NCBI GenBank assembly: GCA_012295275.1
Contig: CM022676.1
Span: 6,572,001-6,636,000 of the forward strand
Source of the DNA: Chrysomallon squamiferum
Lineage: Eukaryota; Animalia; Mollusca
DNA: 64,000 nucleotides
Reading direction: 5' to 3'
Positions 39,870 through 54,334 of the stretch are shown piece by piece. Numbering within the stretch: the stretch's first letter is position 1; each line of letters opens with the position of its first letter. The position numbers were made by a program, and so were the translations under genes. The notes under the pieces are model-generated. The model worked only from the letters and a program-made list of their open reading frames with translations, had not been told where the DNA came from and ran no database searches.

Positions 39870-40529
39870 GTTATTTATTTATTATTTTTTTTTTTATATT
39901 AAATGTTAGATTTTAAAATATTTTTTTAAATATTAGATTTTAAAACATTTATTTATATAATTATTTATTTTATTTTCTTTGAAATCAGAAAACATTGGCA
40001 ATCATAAAATATAATTGAGGTTTGCAGAATAAAATGGAAATGCTAACATTTTTACGACACACAATATAAAAGGAAAAAAAAAAGACTGACTGATGCAAAA
40101 ACCTTTAATAAAAATATAAATATTTAATACCATACTTATTGACATTAAGACCAAAATAAACCTGCAGAGCTTTTTAGCAAACTCAGCTATTATCAGACAT
40201 ATATGAAGCCACATTCAGACCATTTCAAAGCATACAGACATTTTTGTGACTTTATAAGAATTAATTTTACCATTTTCAAGATCAGCTGTAAAGTTTCTAA
40301 TAAAATAAAGTTAAGCAGTTTAATTCTGAAACAAAAATAATGTATGTTAAATATATATATATATATATATGTTTTTTTAATCTTAAAAATGAAAAATAAA
40401 TAAATAAATAAAGTTTTTTTTTATATTGCCCTTATTAAAGAAACAACAACATTTTGTTGATTTTGAGATTGCTAAAATGTTCTGGTTACTAAGTCAGTAT
40501 TTAATAATTATGATTGTGTATGTATGCAT

Positions 40530-40566
<37 letters not shown>

Positions 40567-41587
40567 TGAATGTATGTATTCTCAATGTATACATATGTTA
40601 CATTTCAGAGGAAAAGAAAAAGAAAGGAAAATATGGAGGTGCAGTAACCCACTGATATAAATAAAATATACATAAACTGCCAATGAAAGGATAAACATGG
40701 ACTGGAAAATTACCCACAATTCACGAGGTTTCCTGTTGATACATGAAAATATCAGAGAAAAAGCAATTAATTAAACTCTTTAGAATCAATTTTATTTGGA
40801 TAATTATTTATTCGATTGCAAACAACAAGAACAATTTAATATAAGGATTTACCATAGACTGATTAATTTGCCAGTGTAAAAATCAATTTAGAGAAAAATG
40901 AAAATAAATACCTGGTATTTTACTTATGTTATTCCTAGTTTTCTGAATATTTATGATTATCACATATCTAAGTGATTTTCTTGGTTTACATCAATACATA
41001 CATACTTTTTCTTAGTCTGCAAGCATTTTATATTTTAATTTCTGGGTATTTTTATAATATCTTGGAATCAAAATTAATTAAAAACATAAATCTGAGTAAT
41101 TTATGCCAAGTAATTTGTATAACTAAAATAATTCAGAAACTACAAAGTGGCATTATACTTTATTTACAGTTTTATTTTTATTTTTATTAGTATTACGAAA
41201 TTTTTATAAATTGCAAATTTTTTTCAAATCTGTGTAACTGTTTGGCTTTAAAATAATTTTGTAAATTGAAAAAGTTTCTCAGTATTTCATATTCGTATAT
41301 TTAATTTAATTTATTCATAGCTTTATGGATATTTTTTTTTCTGTTGCAGTTGTCCAAGAGACATAATTTTTGGCATTAGAAATAATTATAAAATGATGAG
41401 AAAACAAATGTTAAAAAATAAAAATAATAAAAATAATAATAATAATTCTATGTTTACAAATATAGACTGATTTATTTTTAATATTATATATCTTTTTTTT
41501 TTTCTATAATATATACATGTATCTGAAATTTTTTATTTTTATATATCTTTAAACTTTGCCTGGTACATTTATTTGTATTAAATACAG

Positions 41588-41637
<50 letters not shown>

Positions 41638-41879
41638 ATAAGTATTAAAATGTGTGCAATTTATCCAACAACCATGAAAAAGTTTTATCATACAGACAGG
41701 AATATATAAATTTTACTTTTGTATTATAACTTTACATATATTATACATTTTACATTACATAGTACTTCTTAAGATTATTTATTTGTTTATTTATTTTATT
41801 AATTTGTTTGGTTTAATCCTATTACTGTAAAAAAAAAAAAAAAAAAAAATTAAAATTAACACAAGTTGCTGTAAACTTA

Positions 41880-41893
41880 GTTGCTATGGTAAC
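41880..41893. promoter_or_regulatory. RFX X-box
   Basis: GTTGCTATGGTAAC. Confidence 0.6.
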
Positions 41894-42929
41894 AGTCATG
41901 TGCAATACACTTTATTTCTAAACCTTGTTTTTGTTGTCTGTTTGAATTTCACAAAAGGAAAAAAAAACATCTTGTTTGTTTCCATTTTTGCCTTATTTTC
42001 TTTTGTGTTTTTCCTGTTGTAGTTTTAACTGTGTTCTATAATTAATTGGAAAAAAAAAAAAAAAAAAAATAGTTATAGGTAATAAGACATAGTTCATTCA
42101 CCACATGTCATTTCTTAATTATTATTTTTTCCCATTCCAACTATTCTAATATAACTTGCAAAATTAATAAATCGGTTATATAGTTATGATGGATAATACT
42201 TTGCTCTCTTTCACATTTTATATATTTCGAAAGTAATGTATTCACTTTAGGACATTTTTTCCCATTCTGACAATGCTTTTGTAACTGCAGAATTAAGAAA
42301 ATATTTTCTTCATGTTAATAACACAAAATTACTTGCTCCTTTTCACACTGTATTATGAAAAACACAGCTTGATAGTAATATATATATATATATTTATATT
42401 TATATTTTTCCTGTTCCAACTGTCACGTACTGGTGTAATATAATCTTGCACTTTAAAAAAAAATTTCTAGTTTATAATCAATCCCTTTGTGTGTGTGTAT
42501 GAGATGAATCTTGGTACGATTATTTTGTTTTGGATTTTTCCCATTCTTGCTAACTGAGACATCCACCATCCACTGATTATAACCATATTAAGCATAACTG
42601 AGATGGTTTGGGAGTGTTCTGTGGGTGTGCTATAAATACGATACAGTTAATAATGAATTTTTGTTTCACCTTCACAAGCTGTGCAAATATAAGTCAACAA
42701 CAACAACATCAACAACATTTCTGGCATTGCCTGTAAGTTCGTGCAAGCTACGCCAAACACCATTAATATGAACAGTCAAGCTTCATTACGTTTTGTTTTG
42801 TTTCTAATTTCTTACCTGCCTGCATACCTGTCTATCTAATTAACTATTGACCTACTTACTTATATATATATATATATATATATATGTTCCAACTTTGTTA
42901 TTGTCTGTTTCTCTATTTGTTAGCTTCTG

Positions 42930-43890
42930 TCTATCTATCTGTCTATCACTAGTATATCAGTATCTATCTCACTATCTATGTGCTAGTATATCAGTATCTA
43001 TCTCACTATCTATGTGCTGGTATATCAGTATCTATATCACCATCTGTCTATCACTAGTATATCAGTATCTGTCTCACTATCTGTCTATGTGCTGGTATAT
43101 CAGTATCTATCTCACTATCTGTCTATGTGCCAGTATATCAGTATCTATCTCACTGTCTATGTGCCGGTATATCAGTATCTATCTCACTATCTGTCTATGT
43201 GCTAGTATATCAGTATATATCTCACTATCTATGTGCTAGTATATCAGTATCTATCTCACTATCTGTCTATGTGCTGGTATATCAGTATCTATATCACCAT
43301 CTGTCTATCACTAGTATATCAGTATCTATCTCACTATCTGTCTATGTGCTGGTATATCAGTATCTAACTCACTATCTGTGCCGGTATATCAGTATCTATC
43401 TCACTATATATGTGCTAGTGTATCAGTATCTATCTCACTATCTGTCTATGTGCTAGTATATCAGTATCTATCTCACTATCTATCACTAGTATATCAGTAT
43501 CTATCTCACTATCTGTCTATGTGCTAGTATATCAGTATCTATCTCACTATCTGTCTATGTGCCTGTATATCAGTATCTATCTCACTATCTGTCTATGTGC
43601 TGGTATATCAGTATCTATCTCACTATCTGTCTATATGTCAGTATATCAGTATCTATCTCACTATCTGTCTATGTGCTAGTATATCAGTATCTATCTCACT
43701 ATCTGTCTATGTGCTAGTATATCAGTATCTATCTCACCATCTGTCTATATGTCAGTATATCAGTATCTATCTCACTATCTGTCTATGTGTCAGTATATAG
43801 TATATATCTCACTGTCTGTCAGTATATAGTATCTATCTCACTATCTGTCTGTCAGTATATAGTATCTATCTCACTATCTGTCTGTCAGTC
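42930..43890. repeat. 34-38 bp minisatellite, ~25+ copies
   Basis: CTATCTGTCTATGTGCTAGTATATCAGTATCTATCTCA units. Confidence 0.95.
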
Positions 43891-44535
43891 TGTCTCTATT
43901 CATATATCTGCATGTCTCGCCATCTATCTGACATTGTAGCCTCTGTCCATCTAAAATATAATTAAATCTATTGATCTGTCATTAGATCAGGAATCAATCA
44001 ATAAATCAGTCTGCCTGTCGGTCTGTCTCTCCTCTCTCTCTCTCTCTCTATCCATCCATTTAACTATCATCTGTCTATCTGTGTGTGTGTCTTGCAGTAT
44101 ATTTACTTATCTGTCCATTTGTTCTTAATAGTCTATGATATATTTAGCATCATAAATCAGGGCACTAGTTTTATGGTTTTTTGTTGAAAGCTTGAATAAC
44201 TAGCTTATATAGTGAAATTCCTTATATAATATCTCCTAATTTGTTATGAAAAGTGTACATACATACATACATACATAATACATACACGTGTTTCTACCAC
44301 TCACTCTTTTTATCTGTCTCTTTCTGTGTCTCTCCTTTTTCTTTGTCTGTCTCTCTTTGCTTCATTCTTTCTGTTTCACTGAACATCTCTATAATTACAT
44401 ATTTATTCCTTGATGCTTTTTCTTCTGTCTTTAATATAATTTAAAGAAATTTCAAAACTTTATTAACAAATATCACTCCAGTTTTACAGCACTCCTAAAT
44501 TTTAAAACTTTTCTTTCTTTGCCTGTCTGACTATA

Positions 44536-44574
<39 letters not shown>

Positions 44575-45117
44575 AAAACTTTATTAAAATACAAAAAACC
44601 CATCAAATATAACACTTCAATTCTTCGAATCATAAATTTGAAAACTTCTCTTTCATTGCCTAGTCTGGTCTATATGTCTGGGTTTTTGTTTGTTTTGAGG
44701 GGGGGTCCCTGTGGAGCCTCACATCTGGGATGCTGGGTTTTCTGTAATGTAATCTGTCTGAGGGGGCAACGCAGCTCATGGAATGTGTGGTAATTCTTAG
44801 CACATGATTCACACCCTGCTGAACTAGTGAGGATAAACTTTCAACAGGCTGTGGCCCAGCCTTGGCTGTTGTCAGTTGGAACCAGGAGGGGGTGATAGGG
44901 AAGAACATGGGGGTGCTGGGGAGGAGAATGGGGGTTGATAGGGAAGGGAATGGGATGATAGAAATGACAAGGGAGGGTGATAAGGAGAGGGACGAGAAGG
45001 GGTGTGTTAGGAGAGATGGATGTATTATATTCACATTCAAATACATATTTATATTTAACATATTTATATATATTTATCTCTCTCTATCTTTCTATCTTTT
45101 GTTTCTCTCAAATGCCA

Positions 45118-45205
<88 letters not shown>

Positions 45206-45569
45206 CTTCTCTTAAATCCAGACATAATCTCCCACTCACATTTAATTAATGAGGACATTAACATCAATTTGAACCTCATCTATTTCCTTCACGATCCTCT
45301 TCAAAACTGTGTCCCGTCTCACACTTTCACCTTCCAACTGCTTCCAATCTCACTAACCCTAAACCTTGCGTCATTACGTAACATTTCAGTGCATTTTTTT
45401 TTTTTCTCAAGAACTGTGAGAGCAGAAGCAGACCAAAGTTCTGTAGCCATCTTCTTTTATTTAAGCTTCTTCCTTATCAGTTTTGTCTTGGAGGAGTGGA
45501 ATTTTAATGGTCTTTCCAATGTAATGTGATATCTTTTACACAAGCTACTGGGTACCTTCACTATCTGCT

Positions 45570-46120
45570 AGCTTGTCTGCTTTATAAATAAATATATGAG
45601 GTGCATACTTTCTAAATAAATGTATGTGAGTGTGTCTACTTAATAGTTTTACAAGTTGTCTGTTTTATAAATAAATGTATGAGAGTGTCTACTTAATAGT
45701 TATACAGGTATTCTGCTTTATAAATAAATGTATGTGAGTGTGTCTATTAATAGTTTTACAAGTTGTCCATTTTGTAAATAAATGTATGTGAGTGTCTACT
45801 TAATAATTATACAAGTTGTCTGCTTTATAAATAAATGTATGAAGTGTCTACTTAATAGTTTACAAGTTGTCTGTTTTATAAATAAATGTATGAAGTGTCT
45901 ACTTAATAATTTATACAAGTATTCTGTTTTATAAATAAATGTATGATGTGTCTACTTAATAATTATACAAGTGGTCTGTTTTATAAATAAATGTATGTGG
46001 GTGTCTACTTAATAGTTATACAAGTTGTCTGTTTTATAAATAAATGTATGAGGTGTCTACTTAATAATTATACAAGTTGTCTGTTTTATTAATAAATGTA
46101 TGAAGTGTCTATTTAGAAAT
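45570..46120. repeat. ~55-bp minisatellite (decaying further to ~46800)
   Basis: TTATAAATAAATGTATGAGTGTCTACTTAATAGTTATACAAGTTGTCTGTT units. Confidence 0.9.
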
Positions 46121-47399
46121 GCTTAAGACAATCTACTTAATAATATATATTTTGTCTTTTTATAAACACAAGGTGCTTTTAATATATGTGGAATCTTCTT
46201 ATAACTATATGAGGTATCTACTTAATAATATATCATTTCTGAGCTTGTAAATGTGCAAGGTGCTGTTAAATATATGCAATATCTACTTATAAATACTTTA
46301 GGGATTTACAAAAAGTTGTAAGTCTTTTTTTTTTTTTGTGAATGCACATTTCTGGTAATAATTACAAAAGTATCTTCTGGTAATTCAAGAGATATTCATA
46401 TATCCTTGATATGTCTACTTTTAAATGTAAAAGGTGTCATAACTATATGAAGTGTCTACTTATTAAAAACACAGGTTGTCTATCAGTGAATGTATTGTTT
46501 CTACTTAAAAACAGATGAAGATAAAATGTTTATTTGTAAATATATGAAACAAATACTTATAAAAAACGTGTGTTGTGTGCTTGTAAGTAAGAAAAAGTGT
46601 TTACATGTATGTACATATCTATAAGTATGTGAGCTGTCTACTTACAAATAAATACTTGAAGTGTCTACTTATTAACTAACACTTGAGGTATCTACTTACA
46701 AATACAAGTGGTGGGTATTTATAAATGAATACTTTACAAGTCTACTTATTAATACTTGAGGTATCTACTTATAAATATTTAATGTGTACTTGAAAGTGCT
46801 CATTGAATATAGGGAATAATAATAAAAAAGACACACACACACACACACACATATATACATAAATGTCTGGAAAACAGCATACATTATTTTAATGGGAAGA
46901 AAATAATGCTAATAAAACTGATGATTAAATTTATATGTTCAGAGATAAATAGTTAAAATATACTTAAAATATGTATTGTCATTTTATTGGGCAAAAAAAA
47001 AAAAAATATTATAATAATAATAATAATTGATAAATAAATCTCTGTATGAGGGTAAAAAAAAGATGCTGGAATTCTGTATCAATCATTTTATTGTTAGGAT
47101 GTGCATCAGCTGCAACCTGAACTATTGAGATAAAAAAATAAAAATAATAATAAAAAAGATGAGTAAACAACAGAGTTATACTCTATAAATCATTTTATAG
47201 GGGATGATTAAAAAAAAAAAAAAAAAAGGCTTGACTATGAATTTGTGAAGTGAAAGGAAAAAAAATATAATCATAAAACTGTAAATCAATTTATTGGGAT
47301 GAAGTAAAATTAACTGTTTTTGGAATTTCTGTACGGGAAAGAAAAAAATAACAAAAAAGAAAATTATATGAATTGATTTACTGGGAAGGGAAAAGAAAA

Positions 47400-47990
47400 A
47401 TAGACTCTTTTGTGAATTTTCATAAAAGAAATAAAAAAAAATATGTAATGAATAAAAGATTAAATGAATAATTTTACAATGAAGGGATTGTGAATTTTTA
47501 TATAAGAAATAAAAAAAAATATATGTAATGAATAAAAGATTAAATGAATAATTTTACAATGAGGGGATTGTGAATTTTTATATAAGAAATAAAAAAAATA
47601 TAATGACGAGACAATTATATGTATTGGGAGGGAATTTATGAAAATAGACTCCTTTATGAACTTAGGACATATAAAACAAAATAATAATAATAATAATAAT
47701 AATAATAGAATTATATAAATCAATTTACTGGGAGGGGAAAAAAAAAATCAGACTCTTCTGCAAATTTTGAAATAAGAAAGCAAAAATAATAAACATAAAA
47801 TTCTATAAATCTTTTTACTGGGAGGGGTGAACAAAAATAATAGACTCTTTTGTAAAAATTTAGATTTATTAAAATTCTATAAATCTTTTTACTGGGATGG
47901 GTGAACAAAAAAAACAGACTCTTTTGTGAATCTGGATAGAAGAAAGAAAAGAAAAGAAAAAAGAAAACTGTACAAATCTTTTTTATTGAG
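47400..47990. repeat. ~80-bp tandem duplication plus degenerate TTTACTGGGA..TAGACTCTTT repeats
   Basis: Near-identical blocks at ~47426-47505 and ~47504-47600. Confidence 0.75.
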
Positions 47991-47999
47991 GGGAGGGAG

Positions 48000-49950
48000 G
48001 GAAAGCTGATACACCCCTGCCTGCAGCTTGGCCATTCATTATCAGATGAGTGTTCAGACTGGGGGAGAAACATTATTGAAAAATCAGTAGCTGGGGAGGA
48101 CTCTGGCCAAGTCAACAGCAGCAGTTAGCAGCAGACAGGAGATCAGCAGACGCGAAAAGCAGAGAAAAGCAGACGGACATCTGGTGATGTTAGTGTGTGG
48201 TGTTGTTTGACTCGCAGAACACAGCTGTCACTACAAGCCCTTCTAATCATCCAGTGAGGGTTGTCTGCTCACTGTTCACACACACACAGTGAGTGTGAGT
48301 ACAATTTTTGTGAGTATCTTTTGCTTGCAACCAAACCAGTATACAGTCATTCTGGTGAATGTTTTGCCGAAGTGATAATTTTTTTGGTGAATACTCCCGT
48401 TTTCAAACAGTGTAACAGTCATTTTTTTGTGAACGTTTTTCGCTTACAACCAGTGAACAAACAGTCATTTCTGTGGTTACCTTGACTTCAACCAGTGTGC
48501 AGTCTTTTTTGGTGGATATTTTTGCTTTCACAAAAAGTGTGTGATTATTTTTGTAAATATTCTGGTCGGAAAGATTCAGACAGATCTCAATAATAACAGC
48601 GAGTTTTGATTCCTGACCATAACTGTTCAGAATACATCTTTATTTATTTTTTTGGTCTTTATAAACCGGATTGTTTATCCTTCACATGTTTTTCTTATAA
48701 TTTATTCTTTAATGCTTGGATGATCACAGTGTGTACTCAAAAGCTGCAGCCACTAACAAAAGAATAATAATAATGAAAGGCTGCTATCACTAATACAGTC
48801 AAACAAGGGAGATTTCGTCGATAGTTTCTCACCATCGTCCTAGTATTGATTATTGTCGAGTTGGGATAGCTTCTTTATGATATTTTACTTTTCCTTCTGT
48901 GTGTTGCTGCTGTGTTTCTGTTCAGGAAACAATATTTCTAGATAACAGTTTGAAGATTGTGTTTTTTTTTTCTTTTTTAAACAAAAACCTAATTCAGACC
49001 TCCAATGGTGTAGGTTGAAGGATTTACTGGTTTGACAGCTGCCGGTTTCTGTTCCAGTGAAGTCATTTTGTTTGTTTTAAGATTTCTGTGTGTGTTGTCA
49101 ATGTTTCACATGTGGCTTGAGAAATATCTGTAAAAAAAATATCTGTGAAACACATAAAGTATCTTTGAAAACAGAGAAATATCTTTTCAAGTGCATAAAG
49201 TTTTTATGAAACAAAAGTATTTTGTGAAGCAAAAGATTTGTGGAACATAAAATTCTGTGAAACATAAAAAATTTGTTGAAACATCAGAGAAAACCTATAA
49301 AGATTAGTGCAACTTGGTTACCATAACAACCAAATAATTTGGAAATTATTACCCAAAAAATTATCTTTCTTGTTTTTTTGTTGTTTTTTTCACTTTATTT
49401 ATTCTTCTATTTAATTATTTGCTAAAGGAGTTTATTCCGCAATCTCTGTGTGATTATTTCATTTTCTTCTTATTATTATTATTTATACTCTTTGTCTCTC
49501 ACATACATAGAACATATCTATTACTGTTAAGCACCACTGTACATGCTTAAGTTATTAATAGCATTCGGCAAAACGGTTTCCTCGGAGAGAGAGAACCAAA
49601 AGACACCACCAAGCAAAGCTGCAGCTATACAGTTATTCTCTCGGAGAGAAAGGACATAGACATACGCAGAGAGAAACAGAACAAAAAAAAAAAAAAAAAA
49701 AAAAAAGAATCCTGTCTTGTTAATGCTACATAGTTTGGCCTTTTGCCAGACAAAGTGTTGTGTGATTCAAAGAAGGTACAGCACCAGCAGAATTTCTCAA
49801 AAGGACAAGCTATCATTACAGAAGACAATTTCTAGATTCTTTTTACTGGAGTTCCAATGATACTGAGGGAAAAAAAAAAAAAATAATAGTAATGAGAGCT
49901 ATGTGTTTGGATATATCTATATATATACCTGAGATGAAGATTTTGTATAT
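48000..49950 (+). other. Candidate internal promoter and long non-coding first exon
   Basis: GC-richer, repeat-poor stretch with E-boxes (CAGATG 48043, CATCTG 48178, CAGCTG 48222) and X-box-like GTTACCATAACAAC (49317-49330), ending at a consensus donor AT|GTAAGT at 49951. Confidence 0.35.
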
Positions 49951-50728
49951 GTAAGTATACATTTTTTTTTTTATGTTATTTTCTTTTATGTTAGTGTAAT
50001 GTTGTTTTGAAAGTTTTGGCACTGGTTTAAAGGTATCTGTGGTGATGGAACAACAGCATTTGTTGCGTCAAATCTGAGAAACAGGAATGAATTGATATGG
50101 TGAAGACAGTATCATTTTAAGCTGGTTGATTATTTGTAGTTGATATAATTTTAGACAAAAATGTATTATTAAATGTTCTTATTCATTTATTTAATTTAAA
50201 AAAAAAAATTTGATCTTATTTTTTGTTGTTAAATTATTTCTTTATTTGCATATTTATTATTAAATACATTTTTTAAAAATTATTATATTTTTTGATTTAA
50301 TTTTATTTATTTTTAAAATTTAATTTAACTTATTTTTAAATTCAATTTAATTTATTGTTAAATTTATTTATTTATTAAATTTGATTAATTAATTTATTTA
50401 TTCAGCCATTCATTCTTTCATTTGTTCTTTCTTTTTTCTTTAAATAATATATAACCTCCAGAACCTCCAGAACCTTGCCAAAACTTTTAAAACTTAATTA
50501 ATTTTGTTTCATAATGTTTGATGATGATGTTGTTGTTGCTGTTGTTATTACAGTATTATATTTCTAAATGTTTATATTTATTGCATAAATGCATTATGTT
50601 ACACACACACACACACATTCATATATTCAGAATCCAGAAAATATCCCTTCAAAATGTTCTGTATGTTTAAATTATTTTAAATATTATTACATTATTACTG
50701 TTGTTGTTGTTGTTAAATGTAATATTGA

Positions 50729-50778
<50 letters not shown>

Positions 50779-52579
50779 TTTGGATCATTTCCTAATAACT
50801 AAAAAATTTCTGAAATATTTCTACTGCTTACCAGTTTGCAGTTGGTTGATTACCTTATTAATATACACCAGACATATATTATGAATTATTGATTATTCAA
50901 ACAATCAAATATGCTTATTTTCTGTCATATGAAAGAAACAAATAATAATAATTTAGACATAAATTGTTGCATAATAAATTTGAAATGAAATCAAATCAGT
51001 ACAAAAAAAAAAGAAAAAAAAAAAGAAATAAAATCTAAACTATATATAGATTAAAAAACCAAAAAAAAAAACAACAAAAAAAAGTTACAAAAAAAAACAA
51101 AAAACCACCAACCAAAAATACATAAAAGAAATAAAAAACCTTTTTTTTTAAAAATGAAAACAGAAAAAAGTTAAATTAGAATATCAATTAATAATATACC
51201 AGTGTGTTATTCAGTTATTTAATTAAGAATTTTCTTGCAGTGACACAAATAAAAAAATAAAAATAAAAAATAAAATAAAATAATAAAATAAAATAAAATA
51301 AAATAAAATAAAATGAAATGAAATTACACCAATTCATTGCTACATTAATAATGGATAAATTGCAAAATTATTGGACCATTCGTGCTTGAACCATTATTTT
51401 GAAATTCCAGAGTTCTGCCTGATAACGTAATTTCAAACAAAACAATCAATATTTATTATAAAATACATTACCTTATTACCAAGCACAATATGTCATAATT
51501 TATTTTTTTTCTTATTTATATTGGTATCAAAATAACATTTTTAATAATATAGATTTACAATAAAAATGCGTATATTTAAATTGAATTTTTCAATATGCAT
51601 TTCTCCAGCTTTGTAATACTAGTATATTTATTTTAATAAAATGAATATGTACACAAAAAAGCAGAAAAAGTATATGGAATTAAAATTAATACTTGTATAT
51701 TAATAAATAATAATAATAATTAAACAAATAATAATAAAAATAAAAGATAGCTAGACTGATAGTTAGACAGGTAAGAAATCCTTATTTTAAATAATAAAAA
51801 ATTAATATGTAATAATATATATATATATAATTAATTAAATATCTACATTATTAAATATCTACGAAGCAATATGTTCACTTTTGACAATTTTTTTCCCATT
51901 CCAAACATTCACTGATGACTGCAAGAAGTAATAAACTGACTGTGAGTGTAAATACTTGCACCTGTTAACATTATCAGGAAATGAGAGAAAACTAATCTAT
52001 ACATAAATAAATAAAATTAATTCAGAAACAAAAACTGAAAGAACTCAGCTTAATTAGTAGAATTTGCTGTCGATTAAAGGATCAGTTCTTCTTGCTGGAC
52101 TGTTTTTCAGATCACAGAATTTCTCGTTCCAACCCTTACGTTGTATGTTTTTCCCATTCTAACCATATTTAATGGTGTTACAGCATTATGTAACTAGGCT
52201 TGTATTTCTTAGTAAATCTTTTTTTTTTTCATTTCATATTTTACTCAGTTCACATTCTTTCCCATAGCTAACAGGAATTTTCATACTTTGCATGTTTTCC
52301 AGTTCCAACCACATTTACTTCTATAACAGCATTCTCGTAAATTACTTCATCAGGCTTACAGGTTTCTTGTTGCTCTCAGTAACATAATCTCCAATTCTGG
52401 ACCACGTATCTCTGGAATTCCCATTCAAACCCTTATTACTGTTATATGATTGGAAATCTATGCAGTCTTTGTATATGCATATTTTCTCACTCCAACCACC
52501 AGTGAATGCCAAATGATATCCCCAAAACAGTCAGTGAATGACAAATCATATCCCCAAAACAGTCCCTGTTTATAAATTA

Positions 52580-53030
52580 AAGGATACAACTGTGAGAAGT
52601 TGTATCTTAAGGTATGTTTACTGGTACATCTGTCAGTGGTTGTATCTTAAAGAATATGTCCTGGTACATCTATCAGTGTTGTATCTTAAGGAATATTTAC
52701 TTGTTCAAGTACTAGGGTTGTATCTTAAGATTTCTGTTACTGGTACATCTGTCAGTGGTTGTATCTTAAGATTTCTGTTACTGGTACATCCGTCAGTGGT
52801 TGTATCTTTAGGATTATTTACTAATATATTTATTGGTAGATTTGTCAATCATACTGAATACTGAATCATACCATACTCGTCTATGGATCAGTATTGTATC
52901 CTATCATATTTAATTTTTAAAGGCATATCTATTAGGAGTTGTATAAAAACAGTTATTTTCAAAAATAACTCCTTATTATTTTATAGGTACATTTGTCAGG
53001 GGTTGTAGTTTAAGGATTATTTATTGATGA
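52580..53030. repeat. ~39-bp degenerate minisatellite
   Basis: GTTGTATCTTAAG...TACTGGTACATCTGTCAGTG units. Confidence 0.85.
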
Positions 53031-54334
53031 ATTTAAATGTTAGGATGCAAAAAAAAAAATAAAAAGAAAAAAGAAATAATAAAAAATATAAAAAATAAAA
53101 GCACCTCTGTATATGTAATTTGATCTATCTCAGATCTAAAATATAAACAGAGACAAAGACCCCAAGAGTGGAACCAGATTTATCTTCACAAATGTTGACC
53201 TGGTTTAAAGACATAAACTTGCTATAAATCTTTGTTTTTTAAATATTTAATAATTTTTTTTAATTAAAATCTTTAAATTTTTTTTTTTTCTCTTATAAAA
53301 GCATTGAAACATGATCAGATTAATGTGTTTGTATTTAATGTATTTCATTACATAAAAATGAAAAAAAAAGTGGGGTTTTTTTTTACAAATTTTGATATGA
53401 TTTAAAGATTTAAACTTCATGTAACCGAAAAAAAAAAAAAAAATAAATAAATAAATAAAATTAAATTAAATAAATAAAATGTATTTTGTAAAGTAAAAAA
53501 AAAAAAAAAAAAAAAAAAAGAAAAAGAAATCAAAGACCTTAAAATTTATCTTTACAACATCTGATATGGTTTACAGATTTAAACTTTATGTGTGTGAAAT
53601 TTTTTAATAAAAAACCAAAAAATGTGTCTTACAAAAGATGCACTAACAGAAAAATCTAGTCTATACACTTCAGTATAACAAAAAAAAATAAATTAAAAAT
53701 TAAAAAAAAAAGCCCCATTAAAATTGTCAGTGAGCTCAAAAGATTTACATTTTTATAATTTAGAGAAGAAAAAAAAAATTAAAATTTGTATAGTGTTGCT
53801 AAATTCAATAATTATGTATGTTTGACAACAATTTAAAGTTAATATTTTATTTTTGTATGTTATATATCTGATATATGTTAACTGGTAGGTTTATTAACTG
53901 AAATATCACATTTATGTATAATTAATACAGATTTATTAAAAAAAAAAAAGAAAAAAAAAAAAAAAAGAAGAAAACATTTATGTTGTAAGGGAAATGTAAT
54001 ATATTTACAAAATACTTTGATTATTTTAGTTTGTGACAGCAATAATCAAATAAATATTTAAAAAAAAAAAAAAAAAAATGTTTTAATGGTTACAACTGAT
54101 ATAAAATGTCAGAAAATTTAAAAATAATTTTAGAAATTCAGATTATAATAAGCACTCCAGACTCTCACAAACAAAACAGTAAATAATCTCATAAATTTGG
54201 TGTGTTTTTCATCCCACTCAAACAGTTGAAAGGTCATAACCTTTTAGTTTGCCAATATCAGTTTCGTATCAATGATTTGAACTTAAAGATCTTCATCCTC
54301 TAAACCTCTCTGAGTTCACAAGCTGTATTCTGGA

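Noticed and set aside
42930-43890. Regular ~36-bp repeats and overlapping ORFs (42847-43800), superficially CRISPR-like or a repeat protein
   Set aside because: Head-to-tail units with no unique spacers, eukaryotic context, no cas genes; the ORFs are translations of the minisatellite
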